Positions 23,450 through 36,415 of a stretch of 64,000 nucleotides of DNA are shown in pieces; the stretch's first letter is position 1, and every line of letters starts with the position of its first letter. The position numbers and the translations under genes are program-made. Source of the stretch: Lama glama (taxonomy: Eukaryota). The stretch covers positions 92,940,001-93,004,000 of the forward strand of contig CM052816.1 of NCBI GenBank assembly GCA_028534125.1, read 5' to 3'. The notes under the pieces are model-generated. The model was given only the letters and a program-made list of their open reading frames with translations, was not told the DNA's origin and did no database searches.

Positions 23450-26400
23450 AGTGAATATTTTTAGTGTAACATTTTAATTCCCTTAATGACCTTTTTCACT
23501 ATTTTGAGGGTTTCATGGTGTTTTATGTAGTTTGCCAAATACGTCTTAACTAACCAATCTATTTCAGATTTATGATAACTTCATTCCACTTAGATATCAA
23601 GATGTTACTTTTATATAGCTCTGCTCCCTCTTCTTTAGGAGATTATTGTTGTTATGGATATAATATGTTTTAATATAGTATAAATATAGAAAATGTATTT
23701 TATATAATTTTGTGTCTTTCAAAGAAACAGAAGAAAGGAGAGCAAGCATATAGTTATAGGATTTGTTCTAGTTCCCTTCTTGTTTACCATTCCTGCTTCT
23801 CTTCATTTATTCCTGTGGGTTCAAGTCATTGTCTACTGTCATTTCCTTACTCCAATACAACTTTGTTCCCCTAGCTCTTTTGTGTTGCTGTTGTCAAATA
23901 TATTACATTTCTATATGTTATAAGCCCAACTATATACATATTATTTTATATGATTGCTTTGTAAATCAGTTAAGACAGGAGATAAAATATACATTTATAC
24001 TGTCTTTTATAATTACATAATTACCTTTGTGCTCTTTGTGTGTGTGTGTGTGTGTGTTTGAGTTACCATCTTGATTTTAGACTGAACTTCTTTTAGCATT
24101 TCTTAGAAGGTGGATGTGCTAACAACAGATTTTCTCAGGTTTTGTTTATCTGGGAATATTTTATTTATTTTGCCTTCATTTCTGCAAGATAGTTTTGCTG
24201 GCTGTTACATATTTGGTTGACAGGTTGTTTTTTTTTTTTTTTTTGTACAGTACTCTGAATACATCATCCTTCTAAACTCCCTTCTTTCTAATGAGAAGTC
24301 AAGTTCCCTTGTACAGGACAGGCTGTTTTTCTCACTGTTTCCAGGACTTTTCTCTTTGTACTTGTCCTTCAACATTTTTACTATCTCTTTTTGTTTATCC
24401 TTCTTAAAGTTTTGTCAAGCTTCCTGGATGTGTAGGTTAATGGTTTTTTTTAAACAAACATAGGAAATTTTCAGTTTTCTGCTCCTTTCTCTCTTTTCTC
24501 CTTCTGCTACTTTCAATACGTATATGTTGATGTCCCACAGTTTTCTGAGGCTCTGCTCATTTTTAAAAATTCTTTTTTCTCTCTGCTTTTCAGGTTGCAT
24601 AATTTCTATTGATTTATCTCCAAATTTATAGATTCTTTCTCCTACCAGCTCCAATCTACTGTAATAATTTTAAAATTTAAGTTATTACTTTTCAACTCCA
24701 GAATTTGTATTTGTTCTCTTTTTATATAATTTCACTTTATTATATTCTCTATTTGATGAGACATTGTGTTTATACCTTCCTTTACTTCTTTAAACAGTTC
24801 CCTTTAGCTCTTTGAGGATACTTCTAATGGCTGCTTAGAAATCTTTGCCTGTTACATGTAACATCTGGATCTAGGCAGTTTCTGTTGCCTGCTTTTTCCC
24901 CTGTGTCTGGGTCACACTTTTAATTTTTCTGTATGTTTCAAATTTCTTGTTGAAAATTGAATATTTTACTTAGTGTCCTGTAGCAACGTAGCAATATTGA
25001 CTTCCCTCAACCCCAGGACATATTGTTATGATTTGCTTGTTTATTTGCTTAGTGTCTTGGCTGGACTTCTTTTTTTTTTTAAACATTTTAAATAATATTT
25101 TTAAATTGAGTTATAATCATTTTACAATGTTGTGTCAATTTCCAGTGTAGAGCACAATTTTTCGGTTACACATGAACATACATATATTCATTGTCCCATT
25201 TTTTTTTGCTGTGAGCTATCACAAGATCTTGTATATATTTCCCTGTGCTATACAGTATAATCTTGTTTATCTATTCTGCATATGCCTGTCAGTATCTGCA
25301 AATTTTGAACTCCCAGTCTGTCCCTTCCCACCCTTGGCTGGACTTCTTTAGCGAAGTTTACCTTCTCTGTTGTGGGAAGCTCTGATGAGAAAGGGCACAG
25401 CCTCGGGCATGTACACAGGCACCCTGAGACAACGGCGGTTTTATCGGGGCTCTCTGTCATTTCACCTGATCCCTCAGTCAAGCTGTCTGCTGCTGTTGGT
25501 ATCACATCCAGCTGTTAGACTCCACTAATTGCCAGGCTGATTGCTCTATTGGTTTTGACAGCGCTTTTGAGCATAAATTGCTCCATGGTCTGATCCAATT
25601 AAATTCAGGCCTCTTTCCAGGGATAGTTTTTGAGGTCAGTCTTGGAAGTTTATTCTACCCGCAGGAGTGCTCTTATTATCTATGTCTTTCCCTAGTTTTC
25701 TCTGGGAAACTAACTGGCCTATGGTTTAGCTTTATCTCTCGTAAACCTACCAGTCTCCTCTTAATTGCTTACCACTCAAAATTTCCATTGTTTTTGAGAA
25801 TCCCCTTAGGCTTCTGCTTTCCCACACTCTGTCTCAAATAAAGTAACTTCTTTTGGGGAGAACTTCAGAGCTCTCTGCTCCTTGGCAAAATCTCTGAGTC
25901 ACGGCTCTTGAGCTGAAGGCAGGGGCAGGCGTGGTTCTCTCTGAGTGATATCCTGCTTTAGGAGCAGAGTGCTGGGGAGGCGCAGTGGCCTCTGATCTTC
26001 TCAGCCTGCCTTTCTTGGTGTGGAGCTGCCAACCTGCAAGTGAACTGGGGTGAGGGCAGTTGGAGCTCCTGTGTTTTCAGTATGTTGCCCTTGAGGTAGA
26101 GCGTTTGCTCTATGTGTGGGGCTTGGTGGATGAAGGGGCTCTGACCTCTTAGTCATACTTACTTGGAATTCAGCCTCTGCAACACCGACCTGGGGGCAGG
26201 AATGAGAAATGCTCGTGCCCTGCCCCTGCCAGGGATATACTGTAGCCATTGATTGAGAGTTAGGGGGAGAGAGAGCCCCAGTCTCTTGGCCATATCCACC
26301 TGGAATAGATCTTCCATTAGGCTGAGCTGGATGGGTGGAGCAGGCTGTAGCTTCCTGAATACATGATTCATCATTTCCTTAGTATATTTCCTTCATACAA

Positions 26401-26500
26401 TTTCTTGAGACTTTAAATGGTTTTGTTTTTTTCAAAATAATTTTCACCAGCTATAGTTGTTGCACTGGTAAGTGGGTACACGGAGCTCACACCACTATTC
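23450..26500 (-). mobile_element. Old L1M 5' portion (5'UTR, ORF1 and inter-ORF region)
   Basis: Minus ORF 24415-24654 (DKSIEIMQPEKQREKRIFKNEQSLRKLWD...NLHIQEA) is an L1 ORF1 remnant; T-rich antisense composition throughout. Confidence 0.8.
25073..25332 (-). mobile_element. Young 260-bp L1 3' fragment with perfect TSD
   Basis: Reverse-complement match to the L1 3'UTR at about 50360-50577; TSD cttggctggacttcttt at 25056-25072 / 25333-25349. Confidence 0.95.
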
Positions 26501-27436
26501 TGAAAGTGGATTAACCAACTGTATTTTCCCATGAAATTTGAATATTAAAAAACAAAACAGCAACAACAGTAACATCCGCCTCTGGGACATTAGTTCTATC
26601 ACTAAGTAAGATCTGAGATTGTCTCAGTATTTTGTAGTTAAATTTGGTATTGATTTAGGTCAAATCATATTGCTTGAAACAACTGTATATATAAAGAATG
26701 AAATCACAATTACGAGACAAGTGTAAATCCCGCGCTTACAGGTTTATAAAGAGATTCCATTATGGCATCAACAATTGTAGATCTTTTCACACATTTTCTA
26801 GTTTCTATTAAGATAAACAATTTAAATAAGAAAAATGGACATTTTTTCAGCATTATCAAGATGTCTGCTCTTCTATCATGATTTATTTCTTGTTTGCTTC
26901 TAAAATAACTTATAAAATTCTCTTAAATGGTAAGATATTGTTCAAATTTTCATAAAGAAGTGGGCAAAACCCATCAAGATCTGGCTTCTGGTTGTCAGTT
27001 TGAAGTCGATCTAACAAAGTTATAAAACATTAACACATCCGGAAGCAGGGCTCCTTGATTTCACCTTCGGTATGAAAATGAGTCTGTTGATCTTAGAAGT
27101 TTTCATGTGGGAATTAAGAAACTTGAATTTGGCATTTTGTGAATGCTCCAGTTCAGGCCCCAGATAATGCATGTTAGCATCCTTGACCTGTGATCCTCAT
27201 GAGCCTCTTTGCTAACCAAACAAGGGCTGACAATTCTCTGATCCATTTTACAAGAAGAAAGTTGTTTTTCTTATTGAGCAAAATGCTCCTTTCTTATACC
27301 TTTCACTGACTAGTGCTAGGCCTATCTTCTGAAAAAATCTAGATCAGTTTTATCTCATCTCCTAAAGAAGAGCATTGATGTAGGACTGAAAATGTAATTT
27401 AATGAGAATTCACAAATAAGCCCACTTAATAGAAAA

Positions 27437-27930
27437 TGTATCAGTTAACAGGATTTTGGCCACAATACACAGCCTATCTGACAGAATGTGGTTTAAAAAT
27501 GGGGTTTATTAATAAATCTAATTTTATGAGAACTCCAGAGGTAACTGGATCCAGAGATAGTTAACACAACAGCTCTGGGCAGCTTTTCTGCCTTCTCATC
27601 CTTGTGCACCCACAAGCACCACTTCCTTACTAAATAAAGTCAAAAAGTAGGGAATGGAAAGATCTTTTTAGTCATAACTTTTTGTGTCATTAAGACTTTC
27701 AGCAAAATATTCCTCTTTTTTGTCAAGTGCCAAGACTGGGTCACCTGCCAACCCTAAATCAATCACTGTCAAAGGTAAATGAGGACACCATGACTGACTA
27801 GGAGTTAGGCCAGTCAGTCCTCACCTGAGGTTAGGCACACTGTTGCCCCTTACCTGGACAAAATTGGAATTCTATTCCTAGAAACAAGAGGAGAATAGTT
27901 GTTCAGTAGCCAACTCATTGTGTCTACCAA
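27437..27930 (-). mobile_element. Old MaLR LTR (MLT1K-like)
   Basis: tgtatcagtta... start; ccaagactgggtcacctgccaaccctaaatcaatcactg; ggacaaaattggaattct. Confidence 0.65.
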
Positions 27931-28010
27931 AATACTTTAGTCCAAGTTTGAAAATTAGGTCCTATGATAGATTGATCTGTTTTTTCTTAATAGATCCCCT
28001 GCCAAAATAT

Positions 28011-30209
28011 CTTTTTATAAGATTTGAAATGTATTTCATACACCATAAAATTTACCCATTTAAAGTGTACAGTTGATTTTAGTATATTCACAGCCATGCA
28101 ACCATCACAAGTTAATTTTAGAACATTTTCATCACCCTAAAAAGAAACCTCATACATATTAGCAGTAATTCCCCATTCCCTCCTGCCTGCCTCAGCCCCA
28201 GGCAATGACTGTCTACTTTCTGTCTCTATGGATTTGTCAATTCTGGACATTTCTCATAAATGGAATCATATAATTTGTGATCATTTCTGTCAAGCTTCTT
28301 TCACTTAGCGTAATGTTTTCAGGGTTCATTCATACTGCAGATTGTATCATTATGTCATTCTTACTCTAATTTTTATTTATTTATTTTGTAATAAGAAAAA
28401 ATTAATTTTAATAAAAGAAAAGCCTTACAAACTTCCTAGTAAATTAGATTATGTTTATGAACGTGCCAGATAAACTGTAGCTACGCACAACAGCTTCATG
28501 TCATGGATGTGTGATTCAACCCAAATCCTCTCAAATTCATTCTTTTTTTAAAATTGACAAATAATATTCCACTTAAAACCCACATTTTTTTTACCCAGTC
28601 ATCAGTAGAAGGTATTTGAGTTTTTACCAGTTTTTGGCTACTATGAATCATCTTGATAAAAGCATTTGTGTGCAAGTCTTTGTGTGAACATGTTTTTTCA
28701 ATTCTCTTGGGAATACACTTGGGAATGGAATTCCTGAGTCATATGATAACTCTATATTTAGCATTTTGAACGTTTGCTAAACTATTTTCCAAAGCAGCTG
28801 CATCATTTTACATTCTCACCAGCAATGAAAGAGGGTTCTAATTTTCCCACATATCCATGAGCACTTGCTATTGTCATCTTTTTAATTTTAGCCATCCTGG
28901 GGGGTGTGTAACATGGTCTCTCATTGTGGTTTGATTTGCATTTCCCTTATAACTAATGACACTGAGCATCTTTATCTTTTCATGTGCTTGTTTATTTTCT
29001 CTCGAGAAATGTCTGTTCAAATCTTTGCCTATTTTAAAATTGGTTTATATGTCTTTTTATTGTTAGTTTGTAAGGGTTCTTTATGTATTCTGGATATAAA
29101 TCCCTTGTCAGATATGATTTGCAAATCTTTTCTTCCATTCTGTAGGTTGTCATTTCAATTTCTTGATAGTGTCCATTGAAACACAATTTGTCTACTTGTT
29201 CTTTTACTGCTTGTGGTTTTGATTTGTATTTAAGATATCATTGCCTAATTCAAGGCCATGAAGATTTAATTCTATATTTTCTTTTAGGAGTTTTATAGTT
29301 TTAGCTCTTATATTTGGGTCTGTGAATACTTTTGAATTAATTTCTGTGTGTGGTGTGAGGTCAGGGTTCAACTTAATTTTTTGCATGTGAATATCCACTT
29401 GTCTCACAACCATGTGTTAAATAAACTATGCTTTCCTCATTGAACTGTCTTGAAATCTTTGTCAGAAATCAATTGACCATAAATATAAAAGTTTATTTCT
29501 GGACTTCAGTTCTAGTCTATTGATCCATATGTCAGTCCTTATGCCAGTACCACAGTGTCTTGATTACTGTAGCTGTGCTGTAAATTTTCAAATTGGAACC
29601 GTGTGTCCTCAAACTTTGCTCTCCTTTTCCAGAATTCTTTGGCTCTTCTTGATCCCTTGCATTTCCATATGAAGTTTATGATCGGTTTTTCAGTTTTGAA
29701 AAAAAAAATCCATCTAGGATTTTGACAGGGCACCAAATCTGTAGATTAATTTGAGAAGTATTGCCATCTAAAATGTAGTAAGTTTTTTGATCCATGAACA
29801 GAGGATGTCTTTCTATTATTTAGTTCCTTGCTAGTGTACAAAAGTACAATTGATTTTTGTATATTGATTTTGTATCTTGACAATTTGCAGAATTTGTTTA
29901 TTGGTTTAGTTCTAATTGTTTTTTAGTGGATTCTTTTGGATTTGTTTATACAAGATCATGTCACCTGCAAATAGAGATCTTTTTACTGCGTCCTTTTCAA
30001 TCTGGATGCCTTTTGTTTCTTTTTCTTGCGTTTCAGTGCTCTGGTTAGGACCTCTGGTACAATGCTAAATTGAAGTGGCAAGGGCAGATGTCTTTGTCTC
30101 CTTCTTAGTCTTAGGGGGAAAGCTTTCAGTTTGCCAACATTGAATATGATGCTAGCTGTTGGTTTTTCCCCTTATCAGCTGGAGAAAGTTCCCTTCTATT
30201 CCTAGTTAT
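28011..30209 (-). mobile_element. L1MB-like 5'-truncated element (about 2.2 kb) with residual TSD
   Basis: L1MB 3'UTR antisense (cataaaatttacccatttaaagtgtaca, ttctggacattt); ORF2 remnants 29204-29413 and 29539-29736; TSD tgccaaaata at 28000-28009 / 30210-30219. Confidence 0.92.
28363..28536 (-). pseudogene. Short retroposed non-repeat sequence (mRNA 3'-end retrocopy or orphan L1 transduction); source unidentified
   Basis: Interrupts L1MB; flanked by tcattctt at 28355-28362 / 28537-28544; minus-strand ATTAAA at 28407-28412, about 19 nt before an A-rich tail. Confidence 0.55.
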
Positions 30210-33200
30210 TGCCAAAATACTATTTGACTACCATTTTTAAAAGCAAAGATGTAGAATCAGTTTTCATGTTCAAAAATTTCCCTTCTCTCAACTTTCCTCC
30301 ATTTTTCATTTACTTGGAAAATGTTTATTGGGCCTATATTTAGTAATAGAGTAATTTAAAGAAATTACTCAAGAAATTAATTGTCTAGTAGGATATTCAC
30401 TTTCCCTATCTTCTGCAGGCACAAGAATTTCTCTCTCCTTTCCCTTCTTTCTCACTGTGAGTTACTGATAATTTATACTTAGTGTAGAGTTAAATCAAAT
30501 TATCAAGGGGATTGCCTTTCAAACTTTTCTCTGATTTGATGTAAGACATGTTCCAGTTAAGGAACTTCAGGCATCAGTAATAATCCCTTGCACTGTCACG
30601 TACTCTTGTTAAAGAAAATAAACTGATACTTGATACGGAGTCATCTTTAGCAAAATGATACTACAGAAGCTCTTTTAGAGTTGCAGAGAGTAACTCAGAT
30701 GCTTCAGTCCGATGTAGTTGCCTATCCGTTTATGTCAGCTCGTTTTTGAAACCAACCTCATGAACTCTGAGTTGGGTGCCATTCAGTCTGGAAACTAAAT
30801 AAGCAGTGGCATGAATGAGATTGGCAAGCCAGCTCTGTTGCCTCAGAGAAGTGCTTTATTTATTTACGTCCAATGTTCTTTCAGGAAGTATTTAATATCA
30901 CTTAAAGTAAATGTTGTAGAAATTGGGACAGTGGGAAAATAAGAGCTGGAAAGACAAGCTGCATCTCTTGGGGTGTGAGAATTCCCCACCTGGGTTATTG
31001 GAAGACCCTACTCCTCCCGGAAAAAAATGCCCTACACTTGCTGGCAGGGAATGTGGAGAGTGATGGCCCTTTCAGTTGGCCCAGATGAGGTGAAGCTGGG
31101 TTGAGCCCCTGACACAGTGACAGTGGCTGCTCTCCCAGTGTCTCCACGCGGCAGAGCAAGGACATACCCACTCCAGAACCCCAGAGAGCAAAGTTGAGGT
31201 TTCCACAGCCCACACTCCAGCTTTGTGCCTCCCTCTCACCTCAGGCATCTGCCGGAGTGGGAGTGGAACGGGGTAGAAGTCTCCAACGTCACCGCTGGCT
31301 AGAGCCAACGGGTGTGAGGGGATTCTAGGGGGAGGAAGCAGTGAAATCACATTCTAAATGCATGTTTGGGAGGTGAAGCGAGGAAGATTGCTCAGTTCAA
31401 ATCGTGGCTGGGCCATCTCAGCCTGCTGCCTGGCTAGAGGAAGTGCTTAGAAAACAACACGTGCTTTCGGAATTGGGAATCGCCTCCTTAAACAAGTGGA
31501 TTGCATTGTCTCACCACCTTAGAATCCTAATTCAAAAGGGGAAAATAAAGCTTAAAAATATTAAAGACATATCTTTAACCTGCACTTACCAATAGTATAT
31601 GGTAAATGGAATAGGCAATATGAATTGCAGTGTTAGCATGTCTACCAATTCATGTTTCACATAGCTTCTTTTCCAGGTAACTGTGGTTTAGCGTAGTGAG
31701 AATATCATGCATGGGGGTCTGCGTTCTTTATTACATATGTGACTACTGTTTCACTTTTCATTTCTCAGTCATACCAGATTCTTTCCATTAAAAAGATAGT
31801 TCAGGCTACCAAATGGCTTGGAACTAGAAACCTGAATTCCAAATGGCATAATGGACTCTTTTTTTAGGTTGGTTTTTATGATTTCTTTAATGTCAAAGGA
31901 CTCTGAACTAATCTGCATAACATTAGTTTCACTGGTTCACTGATGAATCTTTTTCTAATACATCTTATAGCATTGTGGGGCAGCAGGCATTTTCTGAATT
32001 TTGAATGAGACCCCGGTCTTGCTTCATGAAGCAGTCTACAGATGCTCATTTCCTGCCTTGCCACTTCCGATATAGTTTACATCTCATTTAAAGCTTCCAC
32101 ATGTGTTAAATAGTATTCCGGTGCAATTGTTGTAAAATCAAGTACTGACTTCCTTTCCTATGAAAATAAAAATAAAAATGATCTTGTGTCTTACTAGGAA
32201 AAAAACTGGAGCCCATAAATTAGGATCAGAGCTTTGTTGTGAAGTCAAAATTACAGCCCTTATTCCTGTTGGTTTCCTTGTTTCTTATCTAAGATGCTTC
32301 TTGCATGTGCTGCAGACACATTAAGAAGGGGAAGCAGTGGAACATTCTGCCTGTTTGGAATTTCTTCTGGCCCCCATCAGATTTGTTTTAATCTTTTTAT
32401 TGGGGTTGTGGGAGGTCCTTTTTTTTTCCAGCTAAGATGGCAGAAGAACATGTATTTTTTATGAGAGCCTACAAGGAGACTAGAGCTAATATCGCCTAAA
32501 AAGAAATTACACCTATTCAGTCACTTACTAGATCTTCCTTCTTAGGAAATTAGCTCAGCTATCGACTTCCTTTACTTTTCATAAATCAGTGGGAGAGTTT
32601 TTTGAGTTCTGTTCTTCTACAAAGAGTGTTTGTCTTCTCACCCTTTATTTCACACTCACTTTGCCTCCTCTCTTTGATGAGAATATGAAACAAAAAAGAG
32701 CATTTCTCAGCTTTGTAGACAATATCACCAGAGCTATTTTTAACTTCAGTTTCTGCAAATAATCTGCCTTTTTTGGACAGGAGGAAAAAAAATCAGTCTT
32801 TCGTATTAGAAAATAAGGTTGTATTTTAGGGAGTTCATCTTAATGTATATTTGAGATTTTAAAGAGACAGAATCCCAAATTCTCATCATATTAGATTTCC
32901 CACACGATACATACTCACATAATTCCTGCCTGAGCATTAACTTCACAATTTTTCCATTTTTAATTCTTCGCTTTCTCCCTCTCTCCCCTCCTCTTTATCT
33001 CATTTGAATGGATATTAACAGCATCATCTCAAAGAAATTAGCAGGGGGTGTGCTTTCTTTTATCAGGAAATTGGATTTTGCTCACCTCAAACTAGATCTG
33101 CAGAAAGACAGGCCCTGTTGTATGACTGAATGACAGTTACAGCCTCAAGTCACAATTTGTGCCACAATTCCAGATACTCCCCTGTTATGGGATTTGGTCT

Positions 33201-33216
33201 TGAGGTAAATGTAACT

Positions 33217-33217
33217 A

Positions 33218-33252
<35 letters not shown>

Positions 33253-33311
33253 TAAGAAAGAAAGAAAGAAAGAAAGAAAGGAAGAAAGGAAGAAAGAAAG
33301 AAAGGAAGAAA
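33217..33311. repeat. (GAAA)n / (GGAA) compound microsatellite
   Basis: Direct reading. Confidence 0.97.
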
Positions 33312-34014
33312 TCTTTTTTGGCTGAAAAAAATTCCTTTGTAAAAAGAAGATGTTTTTAATATTTTAGCAAAAGTGTAGGGATATTTTTAGTAATTGGGAA
33401 AAACTAACAAACACAACTTCTCTTTAGATTTAAATGGGAAATTTTCTTTGGATCTAAAATTTGAGAACAGGTGTGATTTTTCATCTTGGGTTCTGAGTAA
33501 GACTAAAACCAGAGAGCCAAAATATCCAAGGAAATCTATTCTGTTATGTCTTAGGACACAGATGAGTAAAAACCTTTGCTAGAAAATTCACTCCACTTTT
33601 TACAGAATTGATTTTTCCATCTGACATTAGAAGCTGGTGATTATTCAGGCAATGCCTCTAGTTCACACCACTTGAAATCTATGTATATTGAATATTTTGG
33701 ATGGTTATTGAAGTTGAAAAATGAAATTACCATTTAACCAGGCTGGTAAACAGAAAGATTAATTAAATATACTATAATTACCAATTACTAAAACATGAAG
33801 ATAAAACACATTTGCAACTTTTGCTATAATCATTTTTAATTTATGATTCAGAAAATGTCTTAGGAGTTTTAAGGGTCATGAATTATCATTGTGAATAGCA
33901 AGGCTCTTGGAAATGCTCTTTGATACAGGCGTGATGTAAGGCACCACAACAACTTGGTTGGTTGAGCATCCTGGTTCCACTTCTTACTATCTGTGTAATT
34001 TCAGCCGTGTGAGC

Positions 34015-34400
34015 TGTTTCAGTTACCAACTGACACCATAATGTGATAGAACAAACGACGCTAAAGCTCCGTATTGTCTCAAAGCGTGCATCCTTGGGTT
34101 TGCTTGGTGTTGACTGATCTAGTCTGGGCTCACCTGGGCTTGTGTTCATGTTGTGACTTAAGTCCAGGACCACTTCACATGTTTCTCATCCTCCTTGGAC
34201 CAGCAACACCTACCCAAGACACGTTTTTCTTATAGTGATGGCAGAAGCGCAAAAGTGTAAGCCCAACCATGCAATCACATTTTAAACTTCTACTCATATC
34301 TTGTCCACTAACATCCCTTTTTTCCAAATTAAATCCCATGGCCCAAGCCCAACAAATATAGGATGGGGAAAGTATACTTCGCTCATGGAGGTTGTGTGTG
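34015..34400 (-). mobile_element. Old MaLR LTR (MLT1H/I-like)
   Basis: tgtttcagttacc...aacaaacgacgctaaagctc start; tcatcctccttggaccagc, gtgatggcagaagcgcaa, ccactaacatccc, ggaaagtatactt. Confidence 0.7.
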
Positions 34401-34437
34401 TGACTATTGATTGAGTAGTCACCTGATCTAACCTATT

Positions 34438-34560
34438 ATTTAACCTTTCTAAATCTCTGTTTTTCTCATTGGTAAGATTGGGACAATAGTAATGACCTCA
34501 CTGTATTGTGGCGAAAATGGAATGAGACATTGTAATGTGCTGTCCATAAGGCAGAGATGA
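34438..34560 (+). mobile_element. MIR fragment
   Basis: ttaacctttctaaatctctgtttttctcattggtaagattgggacaatagtaatgacctca. Confidence 0.7.
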
Positions 34561-34654
34561 TAACCAGTAGGACTTCCTGAGATGGTAGCTGTTACCATCA
34601 GTAGGACTATTATGGACTCCTGGAACAAAATGACAGGAGGGGATGTTAATGCAT

Positions 34655-36415
34655 CATTTAATACTTTCAAGTGTATAGAAGAGTTGTGAAAATAGTACAA
34701 AGGTATGCACTTCACCCAGATTCACCAGTCATTAACATTTTGCCACATTTGCTTTTCCTGAACCATTCAGAGTTAGTTTTAGATAGCATGCTCTTTTATC
34801 CCTAAATGTTTCAGTGTATATTTCCCAAGACCAAGAGGAATCTGTTATTTAACCACAGATAGCAAATTCAGAAAATTTAACATTGATTCAATAGTATTAT
34901 CTGTTACCCAGCTCATGTACAGATCTCGCTAATTATTTCAATAATATCATGGCAGTCCCTGCCCCTCTCTCTCATCTCCCCAGCCCTAATCTGGAGCTTA
35001 CTTCAAAACCACACATTGTATTTAGTTGCCATGGTTTTGTTTTTGCCTTTAACCTGAAACAGTTCTTCAACCTTTCTTTATCTGTCATGTCATTGCTTTT
35101 AAAAGATTATTGGTCGGTTATTTTGTAGGCTGTCCTTTCCTGTTGATTATGTGACTGAACTGGTTGACTGGACCTGAGCTGAGGTCCTAGCCCGGGCCGA
35201 GACCCTTTGTCTCCACCAGAGAGGTTCATTTTCTGATTGGATTTTCGCAGCCAATCATGAAACCGATGCTGAGGCTGGAACAGCACAAACTTTACTCAAG
35301 GGCCAAAGAATGGAGAAGCAGGAACCTAGTTTGAAAATCAACTTCCCAATTCAATTTGAGCGGAGACCAAATTTATAGGACAGTCAGGTAAAAAGGGAGG
35401 GAACTGGAAAGAGTAGGAAAGACATTCATGACTTATCCGAGAATAGGGGTGTGGTTTGGACCTGGAAATGATGCAACACTCCCTTTCAGTCCTTGCATGG
35501 GTGTTTCTGGTTGTTGTCATGGCAATCGTCAGCTGTCAGGGTGCTGGTGGGTATGTCTTTAGCATGCTAATATAGTACAATGAGTGTATAACCAGGCTCA
35601 TGGTCTCCTGGAAGTCAAATCTTCTGCCATCTTGAGCCTAGTTGGTTCTAACCAGTCCTTGTTTTTTGTCTCTTTGCAGTTTCCTCCTGAAATGTAGATA
35701 AAAGCAATAGGTTTCTATTTGAGGGAGGGGTGGTGCTATGATTCTGGGACAACAGCCTTGGTAACAACTACATTAGGTTATATATTCTGGGCAAATCCTG
35801 CATGAGTGATATTGTGTTCTTCTCAGTGCATCACATCAGGAGACACTTGATGCCTGTTTGTCCTGTTAGTGGTGATGTTAACTTCAATCCTTGATTAATG
35901 TAGTATGTGTCAGGTTTTTTCACTGGAAATCACTATTTGCCCTTTTGTGATTTATAAGTATGCTGTTGAGAAGTACTATGAACTATGTAAATTCCCTATT
36001 GTTCTTCATACATTCACCCTATGTCTTGCAGCCATTGATAATTCTTGAATTAGCTGTTACCATGATGGTTATCAAAGGATGATTTTCTAACTCTCGGTTT
36101 TTCTACATTTGTTAGTTAGCTTCTTCTGTGAGGAATCACTTTTTCTTCTCCCTCATTTACTTTTTAAATCAGTATGGGCTTGTTAATTTATACTTTATAC
36201 CATGAATTATAGGATATAATGAATAATTTTTAGTATATTTTGGGGCTAAAATTGTTCCATATTTGGTCAGTTAGGAGGTCCTTCAAGCTGGCTCCTATGT
36301 CCTTTTAATTCCATCCTTACTTTCCTTACTTTTTGGCCTAACAGGTTGTTCCAGGAGCATGTAGTACTTTCTTGCTCCAGTCCTAGAATTAGCCATTTCT
36401 CCAAGGAGCCCTATT
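34655..36415 (-). mobile_element. L1MC-like 3'UTR, interrupted by an ERV LTR
   Basis: cttcacccagattcaccagtcattaacattttgccacatttgc; tcagtgcatcacatcaggag; ccttcaagctggctcctatgtcc; agccatttctccaaggagccct. Confidence 0.85.
35150..35766 (-). mobile_element. ERV1-class solo LTR (MER4-group-like), 617 bp
   Basis: TG...CA termini (tgtgactgaac...ggtaaca); 4-bp flanks atta/acta; ttgtcatggc...ctgtcagggtgctggtggg...tttagcatgctaat motif. Confidence 0.75.
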
